DNA of 64,000 nt from an uncultured Lachnospiraceae bacterium (GCA_949948735.1 CATLGV010000015.1:17025-81024); one strand, 5' to 3'; shown: positions 38,322-48,144, numbered from the stretch's first letter. The notes: generated by a model from the letters alone, not told the origin. Numbers and translations are program-made.

Positions 38322-39437
38322 CTATGAAGGTATTACAAGCACCTGATTCGCCCAGATGATATAATCGCTCTTAATGACATCGCTGTTGGCGTCATAAATC
38401 TTTTTCCACTGCGTCCGGTCTCCGTAAACCTTCTCGGCAATCTTGGAGAGATTGTCGCCGTGCTCTACGGTGTATGTACCGGGAACGGAAACAGTCGGCG
38501 CAGGCGCAACCACTTCGGGCTGAGGAGCTGCCGGAGTCTCGGGAGCAACAGGAGTCTCGGGAACTACGGGGGTTGGAGCAACAGGAGCCGGAGCAGCGGT
38601 GGAAACATATGCGGAAGCTGCCGCATTGCCATAGAATACGATGCTAAAGCACTTTGAGACGTCACTCTTTACCCACCAGTGTCCTGAGGAGCAGTCCGGC
38701 GTCAAGCCAACTGCCGTCATACAACTGTAGTAGTCCCCCTCATGGTAAAATTGCGCATGGTCGCCAGAAGCGTTGAAGAATAATGCATAGATCGAATCTC
38801 CATAATCCAAAAACTCGAACTCCCATCCGCCGACAGCAGTCACAATGCTGTTTGCATAGGTAATCGGCAGGCTGCTTGCGTATGCGGCGCCCTCGGCAAC
38901 CCATACGGCATTGACCTGATAGGTGCCGTTTAACTGCGTTCCCTGGAAGCTGCCCAAAATATCATATCCGTTGCCATCGTCATACCAGTGGATAGAATAG
39001 GCGCCGTTTCCGCCGGGAAAGTCAGCGACATAAGTTCCGGTAAAGACTTCGCTGTATTCGCTGTCTAGGACGACGGTCGTGCCATTTCCCTGACGCAGAT
39101 TATTCTCCATCTGTCCGAAATACCACCACCAGCCGCCGTCAGGAGCAATATACATCATCGCTTTCGTATTGCCGTCAAGGTCGAGAATATATCTGTCGGC
39201 TCCGCTGGCAGATATCAGATTTACATAATTTGCTGTCGCGTCGCTTACATCAAGCGCATACATGGAAACAAAGTCTCCCGCGGAGTAAAGCGCGTACATC
39301 TGTTGCAAAATCGCGTCAAGGCCTGCAAACTGCGCCTCCTCGGCCTGCACTACAGGAATGGCGCTGCCCGCGGGAATGCCGGACAGAGCGACGGCTGCCG
39401 ACAGAGCGGCGATGCATAGTATTTTTTTCAGTTTCAT
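38322..39437 (-). CDS. Secreted MORN-like repeat, Pro-rich linker and LysM protein (paralog B)
   Basis: Colinear and highly similar to 37042-38169; nearly identical LysM. Confidence 0.9.
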   Translation of the reverse strand: MKLKKILCIAALSAAVALSGIPAGSAIPVVQAEEAQFAGLDAILQQMYALYSAGDFVSMYALDVSDATANYVNLISASGADRYILDLDGNTKAMMYIAPDGGWWWYFGQMENNLRQGNGTTVVLDSEYSEVFTGTYVADFPGGNGAYSIHWYDDGNGYDILGSFQGTQLNGTYQVNAVWVAEGAAYASSLPITYANSIVTAVGGWEFEFLDYGDSIYALFFNASGDHAQFYHEGDYYSCMTAVGLTPDCSSGHWWVKSDVSKCFSIVFYGNAAASAYVSTAAPAPVAPTPVVPETPVAPETPAAPQPEVVAPAPTVSVPGTYTVEHGDNLSKIAEKVYGDRTQWKKIYDANSDVIKSDYIIWANQVLVIPS

Positions 39438-39551
39438 TTTTCCCTCCGTTTCTGCTGCTTTAACAGCTCAGTTTTGCGGAGACTATGCACAGTTGTCCAA
39501 TAGCCGCCGCTCCATTAGCTTGCAATATAACCACAGAAATAATTATGCGTT

Positions 39552-39617
39552 TGTCTTATGACAGGACATAATATTTCAAAAAGTATCCTATCATAAATTT
39601 TGTCCTATGACAAGACA
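39552..39617. promoter_or_regulatory. Twin 17-bp operator-like boxes
   Basis: TGTCTTATGACAGGACA (39552-39568) and TGTCCTATGACAAGACA (39601-39617); each is a TGTCYT-N5-ARGACA pseudo-palindrome. Confidence 0.75.
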
Positions 39618-39648
39618 TTTTTTAAACGGAAAGGAGCGGGCTGCGTTT

Positions 39649-39885
39649 ATGGCAAGAATTATTGATACCGAGGCAAAAAATATGGTAGGGAAAAGGATAA
39701 GATATTATAGGAAGGCAATGAAGATGAGTCAGCAGGAATTATCGAATAAGCTGGAGGTTCTGGCAATTTATATCTGCCGTGGCTCCATATCAAGAATTGA
39801 GGACCAGACAAGGACGGTTACGGATATCGAGTTATGGGGGCTGGCGCAAATTCTGAAAACGCCGATTGATACTTTTTTTGAATAA
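39649..39885 (+). CDS. Small XRE-family HTH regulator
   Basis: GKRIRYYRKAMKMSQQELS...ISRIEDQTR..TDIEL; AAGGAG RBS. Confidence 0.88.
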   Translation: MARIIDTEAKNMVGKRIRYYRKAMKMSQQELSNKLEVLAIYICRGSISRIEDQTRTVTDIELWGLAQILKTPIDTFFE

Positions 39886-40055
39886 CGCCGCGACGTGATT
39901 GTAAAATCACGACGGATAGGCTATACTGGGAGGAGGGCACGGACAACAGGGCGTGTATGCGAAAAATGTGCACGGATAAGGCGGCGCATATTGAAAAAGC
40001 GCGCGGACGAGAAGGCTGCGCGTGTTGAAAACTGAAGGATACGGGGGAGAAAAAC

Positions 40056-40979
40056 ATGGTGCAAAGCGTTTCGGACAAAGAACAGGCTTCCGGAGGGACG
40101 GCGCCGGATGCGGGGAATGCGCTGCGAGCCGGATTAAAGGATAAAAGAAGGGTGGTCGTCAAGATTGGCTCCTCGTCGCTGCAGCATCCCGAGACGGGGG
40201 ATCTGGATTATATCAAAATGGATATTCTGGTGCGCGAGCTGTGCAATATCAGAAATCAGGGCAAGGACGTTATTCTGGTGACCTCAGGGGCGATTGCCTG
40301 TGGGAGAAGGGCGGTGCATCTGGAAAAGGCGGCGACCATTTCACAGAAGCAGGCCTGCGCGGCAATCGGACAGGCAAGGCTGATGACGACCTATCAGCGG
40401 ATTTTCTCTGAGTACAACCGTCAGGCGGCGCAGATATTGATGACCAGAAATACGATTGTGGCGGATTTGAACAGGATCAACGCGCAGAATACGTTCAACG
40501 AGCTGCTGCGTATGGGCGTGGTACCGATTGTCAATGAGAACGACACCATTTCCACCTTTGAGCTGGAGGATGTGGTGGGCGACAACGATACGCTTTCGGC
40601 AATCGTTACGGCGCTGACGGGCGCGGATTTACTGATTCTGCTGTCCGATATTGACGGGCTGTACACGGATGATCCCAGAAGAAATCCGGAGGCGGAATTT
40701 GTGGAATGCGTAGACTGCCTTACAGACGAGCTGATCCGCATGGGTAAAGGCTCTACCGGGAGCAGCGTGGGAACCGGCGGCATGGAGACGAAGCTGACTG
40801 CGGCCAAAATCGCGACCTATTCCGGGGCGGATATGGTTATCGCAAACGGCGGGGATGTGCGCGTGATACACCGCATTATGGAGGGCAGACGGTACGGCAC
40901 TATATTCCGGGCCAATAAGAACGAGGGGTTTAACTTCGCGGAGTTTGTCGATAACCTGCACAAGACGGAAACAACATAA
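40056..40979 (+). CDS. proB: Glutamate 5-kinase (short form, no PUA domain)
   Basis: VVKIGSSSL, TSGAIA, PIVNEND, GDNDTLSA, GTGGMETKL. Confidence 0.96.
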   Translation: MVQSVSDKEQASGGTAPDAGNALRAGLKDKRRVVVKIGSSSLQHPETGDLDYIKMDILVRELCNIRNQGKDVILVTSGAIACGRRAVHLEKAATISQKQACAAIGQARLMTTYQRIFSEYNRQAAQILMTRNTIVADLNRINAQNTFNELLRMGVVPIVNENDTISTFELEDVVGDNDTLSAIVTALTGADLLILLSDIDGLYTDDPRRNPEAEFVECVDCLTDELIRMGKGSTGSSVGTGGMETKLTAAKIATYSGADMVIANGGDVRVIHRIMEGRRYGTIFRANKNEGFNFAEFVDNLHKTETT

Positions 40980-41005
40980 AGTATAAGGGGGAGGGGAGAA
41001 AACAC

Positions 41006-41833
41006 ATGTATATCGGAAATCATTTATCCTCGTCAAAGGGGTTTGAACATATGGGAAAGGAAGCGCTCAGGCTTGGCGCCAATACCTTTGCTTTTTTTAC
41101 CCGGAATCCGCGCGGCGGCGCGGCAAAGGCAATTGATCCGGAGGATGCGCGGCGGCTCCAAAAACTGATGGAGGAGCATCATTTCGGCAAGCTGGTGGCA
41201 CATGCGCCGTATACGATGAATGTCTGCGCGGCAAAGGAGGATATCCGGAGGTTTTCGCGGGACATGCTGCAGGATGATCTGGAACGGATGGCGTATCTGC
41301 CGGGAAATTATTACAATTTTCATCCGGGATCACATGTCGGTCAGGGGGCGGAGAAGGCGATTCCGATGATAGCGGATGCGCTCAATTGCGCGCTGAAGCC
41401 CGGGCATCAGACGACGGTTCTGCTTGAGACGATGGCGGGAAAGGGCTCGGAGGTCGGGCGCAGCTTCGAGGAGCTGCGGGCGATTCTGGATCTGGTGGAG
41501 CTTTCCGATAAGGTGGGGGTGTGCTTTGATACCTGCCATGTATGGGACGGCGGATATGATATTGTCGACAGGCTGGACGGCGTTTTGGAGGAGTTTGACC
41601 GGGTAATCGGGCTGGACAGGCTCAAGGCGGTGCATTTCAATGACAGCATGAATCCGTGCGGCGCTCATAAGGACCGTCACCAGAAGATCGGTGAAGGCGA
41701 AATCGGTGCGGCGGCAATGAAGGCCGTAATCCTGCATCCGCTTCTGGCGGACAAGCCGTTTATATTGGAAACACCCAATGATGACGACGGATATGCAAAA
41801 GAGATTGCAATGATCAGGAGCTGGGGCGCATAA
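41006..41833 (+). CDS. nfo: Endonuclease IV
   Basis: HAPY, FHPGSH, LETMAGKG, CFDTCH, HFNDS, DRH, LETP. Confidence 0.96.
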   Translation: MYIGNHLSSSKGFEHMGKEALRLGANTFAFFTRNPRGGAAKAIDPEDARRLQKLMEEHHFGKLVAHAPYTMNVCAAKEDIRRFSRDMLQDDLERMAYLPGNYYNFHPGSHVGQGAEKAIPMIADALNCALKPGHQTTVLLETMAGKGSEVGRSFEELRAILDLVELSDKVGVCFDTCHVWDGGYDIVDRLDGVLEEFDRVIGLDRLKAVHFNDSMNPCGAHKDRHQKIGEGEIGAAAMKAVILHPLLADKPFILETPNDDDGYAKEIAMIRSWGA

Positions 41834-41882
41834 GAGGGACGGTCTCCGTGCGGGCGCGCACATCTGAGACAGGAATTAGCGG

Positions 41883-41911
41883 TTGCGTTTGGCGTGGTCT
41901 GGTAGTAAAAT
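41883..41911 (+). promoter_or_regulatory. Sigma-A promoter of DUF896 gene
   Basis: TTGCGT-17 bp-TAAAAT. Confidence 0.55.
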
Positions 41912-41944
41912 CAAATTAAAAGAGCGGCAGGAGAAGTGGGAAAT

Positions 41945-42169
41945 ATGAATATGGAAGAGCGCATCAGGCGAATCAACGAGCTGTATCACAAATCCCAGAA
42001 CGAAGGGCTTACCGATGCGGAAAAGGCGGAACAGGCCCGGCTCCGTGCGGAGTATGTGGCAAACGTAAGGGCAAATCTGCGCGGACAGCTTGATAATGTA
42101 GACATACGGGAGCCGGACGGTACGATCACCAATCTCGGTGAGAAATTCGGAAACAAAAATACGCATTAA
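41945..42169 (+). CDS. DUF896 (YnzC/UPF0291) protein
   Basis: IRRINELYHK..GLT..EKAEQARLR.EY. Confidence 0.9.
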   Translation: MNMEERIRRINELYHKSQNEGLTDAEKAEQARLRAEYVANVRANLRGQLDNVDIREPDGTITNLGEKFGNKNTH

Positions 42170-42186
42170 TGTGTTAGGATACGAAT

Positions 42187-42768
42187 ATGGAGTCAAAAGA
42201 AGAAATCAGGAGACGAATCCTTGGCGTGCGCGGAGCGCTTCCGGAGGAGGAGCTTACGGCCAAGAGTGACGCCATCCTTCAAAGGGTGTTAAAAACGCCG
42301 GAATATGAGGAAGCCGACAATATTTTACTGTATGCGGATTATTGCCGGGAGGTAAGGACGCGCGGTCTGTTTGAGGACGCTGTCCGGCATCGCAAAAGGG
42401 TCTATTTCCCGAGGGCGGACAGCCTTACGAACAGGATGGAATTTTATCAGGTGACGGCGCTTGGCCAGATGCGGGCCGGCTATAAGGGCATACCGGAGCC
42501 GGGAGAGCTGCCGGCGTCCCGTTACAGATTAAACAAAAACGAAGATACGTTGATGATTGTGCCGGGGGTGGCCTTTGATATTTCGGGATACCGTCTTGGA
42601 TATGGGAAGGGCTTTTACGACCGTTTCCTTGCGGACAGGCGGCAGATTTCCACGATGGCGCTTGCCTATGCGTGCCAGCTTGTCGATGAGCTGCCGCATG
42701 ACGCACATGATATTAAGATGGATAAGATTGTGACGGAGGAGATTATATATTCCTTCCTCAGGATATAG
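42187..42768 (+). CDS. 5-formyltetrahydrofolate cyclo-ligase
   Basis: GIPEP, IVPGVAFD..GYRLGYGKGFYDRFL, HD. Confidence 0.95.
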   Translation: MESKEEIRRRILGVRGALPEEELTAKSDAILQRVLKTPEYEEADNILLYADYCREVRTRGLFEDAVRHRKRVYFPRADSLTNRMEFYQVTALGQMRAGYKGIPEPGELPASRYRLNKNEDTLMIVPGVAFDISGYRLGYGKGFYDRFLADRRQISTMALAYACQLVDELPHDAHDIKMDKIVTEEIIYSFLRI

Positions 42769-42834
42769 CGCAAAGAAAAAGGAGACAACCGGTTTGCGCC
42801 TGCGCATAGTATTGTGCGCCGGGGCGGCGCAGAA

Positions 42835-44139
42835 ATGAGGTACATTATGACAATCAGGGAAAAGGCTGCGGCAATGAAGCTTGACAGCCCACGGATGGCG
42901 GCGCAGCCCGCGGAGACAAGAAATGCGGCGCTTGCCAATATTGCGAAGGCGCTGGTGGAGCACAGCGAGGAGATTTTTGCGGCAAACGGGCGGGATTTGC
43001 AGGAGGCGCAGAGGGACAATATTCCCGAGGCCGTTGTAAAGCGTCTGAAATTCAGCGCGCAGAAGCTTCAGGATGTGGCAAAGGGAATTGAAGACCTGAT
43101 AAAGCTGCCGGATATGATATACCGGACACAGCTTGTGCGGGAGCTGGACGAGGGGCTTACGCTTGTGAAGGAGACTTGCCCCATTGGTGTGATCGGCGTG
43201 ATCTTTGAGGCGAGGCCGGATGCGCTGGTACAGATTGCCGCGCTGTGCATCAAGAGCGGGAACTGTGCTATTTTAAAGGGCGGCAGTGAGACAAAGCATA
43301 CCAACAGGGTGCTGTTCGCATTGATATATGAGGCGGCGGTCCAAAGCGGCCTGCCGGCAAACTGCCTGTTTCAGGCAGAGCACAGAGACGAGATTGCGGC
43401 GCTGCTGGAGTGCCATGAATCGGTCGATTTACTCATCCCAAGAGGCTCCAACGCGTTTGTGCAGTATATTATGGATAATACGAAGATTCCCGTGATGGGG
43501 CATGCGGACGGTATCTGCCATATTTATGTCGATAAGGATTTTGATGTGGAAAAGGCAGTGCCGATTATTATTGATTCCAAGACGCAGTATACCGCGGCGT
43601 GCAACGCCGTAGAGACGCTGCTGGTTCATAGGGACGCCGTGGATAAGCTGATGCCGAGGCTTTGGGAGGCGTTTCGCACGCATCAGATAGAGCTGCGTGC
43701 GACGCGGGACGTGGCGGGACAATATGACTGCGCGCTCGCGACAGACAAAGATTTTGAGACGGAATATCTGGACCTGATTATCTCTGAAAAGACGGTAGAG
43801 AGCGTGGATGAAGCGATTGACCATATCAACAGATACGGCTCGCACCATACGGACTGCATTCTTACAGAGGATGCGCAGACAGCGGAGTATTTTATGCGGA
43901 TGGTCGATTCGGCGGGCGTATATCAGAACTGTTCGACGCGCTTTTCCGACGGCTACCGGTACGGCTTTGGCGCGGAGGTCGGTATCAGCACCGGCAAAAT
44001 CCATGCAAGGGGGCCGGTCGGGCTGGACGGATTGTTCACCTATAAGTATAAGCTTTACGGGAACGGCCATATTGTAGAGGACTATGCGTCCGGGAAAAAA
44101 GAATTTCATTTCAAGGATAAGATTGAGAAGCTGTTTTAA
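42835..44139 (+). CDS. proA: Gamma-glutamyl phosphate reductase
   Basis: PIGVIGVIFEARP, KGGSE, CNAVETLL, GSHHTD, STRFSDG, HARGPVGL; exact start uncertain. Confidence 0.96.
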   Translation: MRYIMTIREKAAAMKLDSPRMAAQPAETRNAALANIAKALVEHSEEIFAANGRDLQEAQRDNIPEAVVKRLKFSAQKLQDVAKGIEDLIKLPDMIYRTQLVRELDEGLTLVKETCPIGVIGVIFEARPDALVQIAALCIKSGNCAILKGGSETKHTNRVLFALIYEAAVQSGLPANCLFQAEHRDEIAALLECHESVDLLIPRGSNAFVQYIMDNTKIPVMGHADGICHIYVDKDFDVEKAVPIIIDSKTQYTAACNAVETLLVHRDAVDKLMPRLWEAFRTHQIELRATRDVAGQYDCALATDKDFETEYLDLIISEKTVESVDEAIDHINRYGSHHTDCILTEDAQTAEYFMRMVDSAGVYQNCSTRFSDGYRYGFGAEVGISTGKIHARGPVGLDGLFTYKYKLYGNGHIVEDYASGKKEFHFKDKIEKLF

Positions 44140-44163
44140 ACGCATAGAAGGAGGAGCTTGGCA

Positions 44164-44958
44164 ATGAAAAGAGAGAAAACGGCCGCACGGCCAAAGTGGA
44201 CATATTTCATCAAAGGAATGGCGCTTGCCTGCGCGCTGACAATACTGCTGGCGGCGTTTGCACCGTCAGCCCCGGCGTACGCGCTGAGTGTAACGCCGAT
44301 TCCGGAGACGCAGATGTATACCACCTCGGGAACGCCGGTCTATGCCGTGCCGGATGTGTATTCTCCGGTAGTGATGTATCTGGAACGCTTTGTCAACGTG
44401 CGTGTGAACGGAATCACGGACAACGGGTTCTTCCGGGTAGATATCGGCGGCGCCTATTATATTCCCGGACCGTACATTGTTGCGAAGGTCGCGCCGGAAA
44501 AGACGGAGAAGCAGAAGGTACTGGAGAGGCTGGATGACTTTACGGATGCGTATGTCATGCTGTTAGAGCAGATGGAGAGCTACAGCGGCACCTTTGCCCT
44601 GATTGATGTTACGGGGGACGGTATTCCGGAGATTTTCGACGAGAGCGGCAAGGAGATTTATACCTATTATGAAAAGCGTCCGGTGATGATATATTATTCG
44701 CAGTATCCGCTGACCTTCTATTATTCCAAGAAGGATAATAAGCTGTTAGGAAACTATACCTGGAATGACAAGAGCATCTGGGAGGTCTATATCAATGACA
44801 AGAGCCTGCTGCCGTGGGGGCAGATTCGCTGCGTTTCAACGGACGCGTCCGCGTACCGCAAAAATGCGGAGGCAATATCAAGGAGCTACACCAATAACGC
44901 CGAGACCAGAGGCGATTTGAAGCGCATTTTGAAGGAAATGCTGGAGATAAAGGATTGA
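44164..44958 (+). CDS. Secreted hypothetical protein (SH3-like N-terminal domain, Ca-binding-like loop)
   Basis: Signal peptide ending AYA; IDVTGDGIPEI; GGAGG RBS. Confidence 0.7.
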   Translation: MKREKTAARPKWTYFIKGMALACALTILLAAFAPSAPAYALSVTPIPETQMYTTSGTPVYAVPDVYSPVVMYLERFVNVRVNGITDNGFFRVDIGGAYYIPGPYIVAKVAPEKTEKQKVLERLDDFTDAYVMLLEQMESYSGTFALIDVTGDGIPEIFDESGKEIYTYYEKRPVMIYYSQYPLTFYYSKKDNKLLGNYTWNDKSIWEVYINDKSLLPWGQIRCVSTDASAYRKNAEAISRSYTNNAETRGDLKRILKEMLEIKD

Positions 44959-45061
44959 TTTGGGCGCCAATATCGCGGGCTGAGGGATGGGTATGGTTAT
45001 TATAATCCAATGCGGAGTATATACTTTGCATTGGATTTTTTGTATTTTACCTTTTTATACG

Positions 45062-45090
45062 ACCACTTGCCCCAAAGAACTGCCGCTTAC
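45062..45090 (+). promoter_or_regulatory. Possible LytTR direct-repeat binding site
   Basis: ACCACTTGC-N11-GCCGCTTAC upstream of the ABC/LytTR operon. Confidence 0.45.
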
Positions 45091-45172
45091 CGTTTTTTCC
45101 TTGTGTGAAATCAAAATGGCCTGTATGTTAGAGGCAGCAGGAATAAAGGAGATTCAGGGAGGGATTGGTATC

Positions 45173-46117
45173 ATGTCTGAAACGGTAATCAGCGTATCAC
45201 ATTTAAAAAAATACTATAAGGAGGTTCATGCGGTAGACGATGTCAGCTTTCAGGTAAAGCGCGGGGAGCTGTTCGGCTTTCTGGGCATCAACGGGGCGGG
45301 CAAATCAACGACCATCAACATACTCTGCACGCTGACCCAGCCGACTGCCGGGGAGGCGGAGATCTGCGGCTTCCGGCTGGGGCAGGAGGATGCGCAGATA
45401 CGGCGGAAAATCGGTGTGGTGTATCAGGGAAACTGCCTGGATGATCGTCTGACCGTCGGGGAAAATCTGATGCTTCGCGGGGCTTTGTATGAGAAAAGCA
45501 AAAGCAGGCTGAAAAGCCAGGTGTTGGACGTGTGTGAGCTTTTGGAGCTGGGGGGCATATACGACAGGCGCTTTGCCACGCTTTCAGGCGGGCAGAAACG
45601 GCGATGCGAGATTGCAAGGGCGCTGGTACATACGCCGGAGCTCCTGTTTCTGGATGAGCCGACAACGGGACTTGACCCTGCGGCAAGAAAAAAAATCTGG
45701 CAAAAGATAGGAACGCTTCAAAAGGAAACGAATATGACCGTCTTTCTGACAACACACTATATGGAGGAGGCGGCAAGGGCCGCCAATATCGCGATTATCG
45801 ACGGTGGACAGATAAAGGAACAGGGGACGCCCTATCTTTTGAAGGAACGGTATGTGAAAGACCGGCTGCTGCTGATTGCACGGGCAGGACAGGAAGAACG
45901 GTTCTGGCAGCTGCTGGCGGAAAAGAATATCCCGAACCGGCGCAGGGATGAGGCTGCCGCCATAGAGCTGGAGAACAGCCTTCTGGCGCTGCCGATATTG
46001 CGGCAGCTGGAGCCGGTGCTGGAAGGGTTTGAGCTGGTACAGGGATCGATGGACGATGTGTTTCTGAATGTGACCGGAAAGGCGCTGACGCAGGAGGAAG
46101 CGGTTGAAAAAGATTGA
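45173..46117 (+). CDS. ABC exporter ATP-binding protein
   Basis: GINGAGKST, LSGGQ, LFLDEPT, TTHY. Confidence 0.95.
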   Translation: MSETVISVSHLKKYYKEVHAVDDVSFQVKRGELFGFLGINGAGKSTTINILCTLTQPTAGEAEICGFRLGQEDAQIRRKIGVVYQGNCLDDRLTVGENLMLRGALYEKSKSRLKSQVLDVCELLELGGIYDRRFATLSGGQKRRCEIARALVHTPELLFLDEPTTGLDPAARKKIWQKIGTLQKETNMTVFLTTHYMEEAARAANIAIIDGGQIKEQGTPYLLKERYVKDRLLLIARAGQEERFWQLLAEKNIPNRRRDEAAAIELENSLLALPILRQLEPVLEGFELVQGSMDDVFLNVTGKALTQEEAVEKD

Positions 46118-46137
46118 AAAGGAGCTGGGTTATAAAA

Positions 46138-47049
46138 ATGAATAATATGGGGAGCTTGTTAAAACGAAATATATTGATTTTTGTGCGGGACAGGAGCGCA
46201 GTGTTTTCTTCTATTCTGTCCATGCTGATTATGCTGGGGCTGATGGCCTTGTTTTTGGGCAATATGAGTACGGAGGATGTTATAGCGGTTTTGAATAAGG
46301 CGGGCGGTGAGCGGGACGCCGTACAGGACAGGGCGCATGCAAAATATCTGGTGCAGATGTGGTCTCTGGCGGGAATTTTGACAACGAACGCAGTAACGGT
46401 TACAATGACAGTGATGGGAAACATGATTAAGGACAAAACGACAAGCAGGCTGGCAAGCCTCTTTATGACGCCAGTGTCCCGTCTGCGGATTGCTCTGGGG
46501 TACGTTCTTTCCGCGTGGATTATCGGGATTATGATGTGTCTGGTTACCTTAACGGCTGCGCAGGGCTATATGGCAGCTTCAGGGCAGCCGCTGCTTGCAG
46601 GGGAAGCGTGCGTGAAGCTGGCGGGGATGATTGCGCTGAACACCTTTGTTTACGCGGCCATTGCGTATCTGGCGGCGCTGTTTATCGACAGTGAGAGCGC
46701 GTGGAGCGGCCTTCTTACCATTACCGGCACGCTGGTAGGCTTTGTCGGCGCGATTTATCTGCCGATGGCGGCGCTGCCGGAAAAGGTAGCGTCAGTCCTG
46801 AAATATTTACCGGTACTGCACGGCGCGTCCATGATGCGGCGCGTGTGCACACAGGCCGCGGCGGAGACTGCGTTTGCGGGACTTCCGGAAACGCTGGTGG
46901 ATACGTTCAACGAAAAAATGGGCGTTACAGTCATTATGGGCGAGAAGACGGTGTCCATTGGCGTTCAGGCAGGAGGCCTGCTGATTCTGGGAATTGGCGT
47001 GATCGGGCTGGCGGCCTTTGCCAGCAGGAGAAGGAAACAGCCGATATAA
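46138..47049 (+). CDS. ABC-2 type permease
   Basis: About six TM helices; follows the ATPase. Confidence 0.88.
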   Translation: MNNMGSLLKRNILIFVRDRSAVFSSILSMLIMLGLMALFLGNMSTEDVIAVLNKAGGERDAVQDRAHAKYLVQMWSLAGILTTNAVTVTMTVMGNMIKDKTTSRLASLFMTPVSRLRIALGYVLSAWIIGIMMCLVTLTAAQGYMAASGQPLLAGEACVKLAGMIALNTFVYAAIAYLAALFIDSESAWSGLLTITGTLVGFVGAIYLPMAALPEKVASVLKYLPVLHGASMMRRVCTQAAAETAFAGLPETLVDTFNEKMGVTVIMGEKTVSIGVQAGGLLILGIGVIGLAAFASRRRKQPI

Positions 47050-47085
47050 GGAAGCGCCGCCGGAAATCGTTACAATGAAGTGGAG

Positions 47086-47529
47086 ATGAGCATGAAGATT
47101 ATAATAGAAGACATCGGGCCGGACGAGGAGGAAGAAATCATTCTCCGCTGCCGGGAAGTGGACGAGGCGGTCTGGCGGCTGGTCAACGGCCTGAAGCTGA
47201 AAAAGGAGAAGCTTGCGGTCCGGCAGGGGGAAAAAATTCTTCAGGTGGACCCGGAGGATATTTACTATTTTGAGGCGGTTGATAACAGGGTTTTTCTTTA
47301 TCTGGAGACAAGCATGTATGAAACCAGGCTCAAATTATATGAGCTGGAGAGGCGGTTTGAGGGGACCGATTTTTTTCGGGTCTCCAAATCCGTCATTTTG
47401 AATATGGCGAAGGTAAAGAATTTTTATCCCGGCTTTAACGGACGGTTTGAGGCGCTGATGAAGAACGGAGAACGCATTGCTATTTCCAGACAGTATGTGC
47501 CGCTGCTGAAGGCGAAGCTGGGACTATAA
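47086..47529 (+). CDS. LytTR DNA-binding protein without receiver domain
   Basis: IYYFEA, LYELE, FFRVSKSVILN, ISRQY. Confidence 0.92.
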   Translation: MSMKIIIEDIGPDEEEEIILRCREVDEAVWRLVNGLKLKKEKLAVRQGEKILQVDPEDIYYFEAVDNRVFLYLETSMYETRLKLYELERRFEGTDFFRVSKSVILNMAKVKNFYPGFNGRFEALMKNGERIAISRQYVPLLKAKLGL

Positions 47530-47563
47530 TACACGGAGATTTTAGCGTTGCCGGTGGGCAGAA

Positions 47564-48061
47564 ATGGGGGATTTTATGAAATATCGGTTAAAGGAGATGC
47601 TTTATACATTTTCGAGTATTGTGACGGGCGTGCTGTTTGCCGCGGCGCTGTTTATCACAGTTTTTTCCGGCAGTGAGGCGATGATTCCGGTGCAGCTGCT
47701 GTGGCAGATTTTGACAGTTTCCTTTGTGTGCATGCTGGGAAACCTGCTGTATGCGTGCAAACCGATTATCAAAAGGCGGAGCCTTTGCCGGATACTGCAT
47801 TATCTTTATATCAGTGCGGCTGTATTCGGATGCGGGCGCATCTTTAACTGGTATCGCGCAGGAAGCATAAAACAAAACATTTTTCTCTTTTTTATGATTG
47901 CGTTTATTTATGTGGCCGTATCTTATTCCGTATGGCTTAAAAATAAGAAAACCTCCGAGCTGCTCAATCGGCATTTGGAGAAATATCAGGATAAAAAGGC
48001 CGGTGGTATGTTAAACGACATGTCGAATGACATGTCAGGAGAGCCTGCTTCGGAGAAATAA
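47564..48061 (+). CDS. DUF3021-like membrane protein (probable LRS inhibitor)
   Basis: Four TM helices, RILHY motif, C-terminal LN..L; directly after LytTR. Confidence 0.7.
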   Translation: MGDFMKYRLKEMLYTFSSIVTGVLFAAALFITVFSGSEAMIPVQLLWQILTVSFVCMLGNLLYACKPIIKRRSLCRILHYLYISAAVFGCGRIFNWYRAGSIKQNIFLFFMIAFIYVAVSYSVWLKNKKTSELLNRHLEKYQDKKAGGMLNDMSNDMSGEPASEK

Positions 48062-48068
48062 AAAATCG

Positions 48069-48097
48069 TTGGAAAATTTTCTTTTTTGTAGTAAAAT
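48069..48097 (+). promoter_or_regulatory. Sigma-A promoter of miaB-mutS
   Basis: TTGGAA-17 bp-TAAAAT. Confidence 0.55.
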
Positions 48098-48144
48098 ACG
48101 AAGGAGGGCTTAGAAAAAGGGTATAAGGGAGACTATCAAGACCA

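Noticed and set aside
37042-39437. Diversity-generating retroelement (TR/VR pair)
   Set aside because: Both copies are full genes, differences include indels and all base types, and no reverse transcriptase is present
39886-40055. Proline T-box leader before proB
   Set aside because: No GGTGGNACCGCG T-box motif or terminator; only a short CGTGATT/AATCACG inverted repeat near a promoter
44987-45172. N-terminal extensions in the ORF track (also at 4019, 14368, 15389, 29609, 30153, 33972)
   Set aside because: Downstream starts have better RBS or match family N-termini; the extensions overlap promoters or other genes
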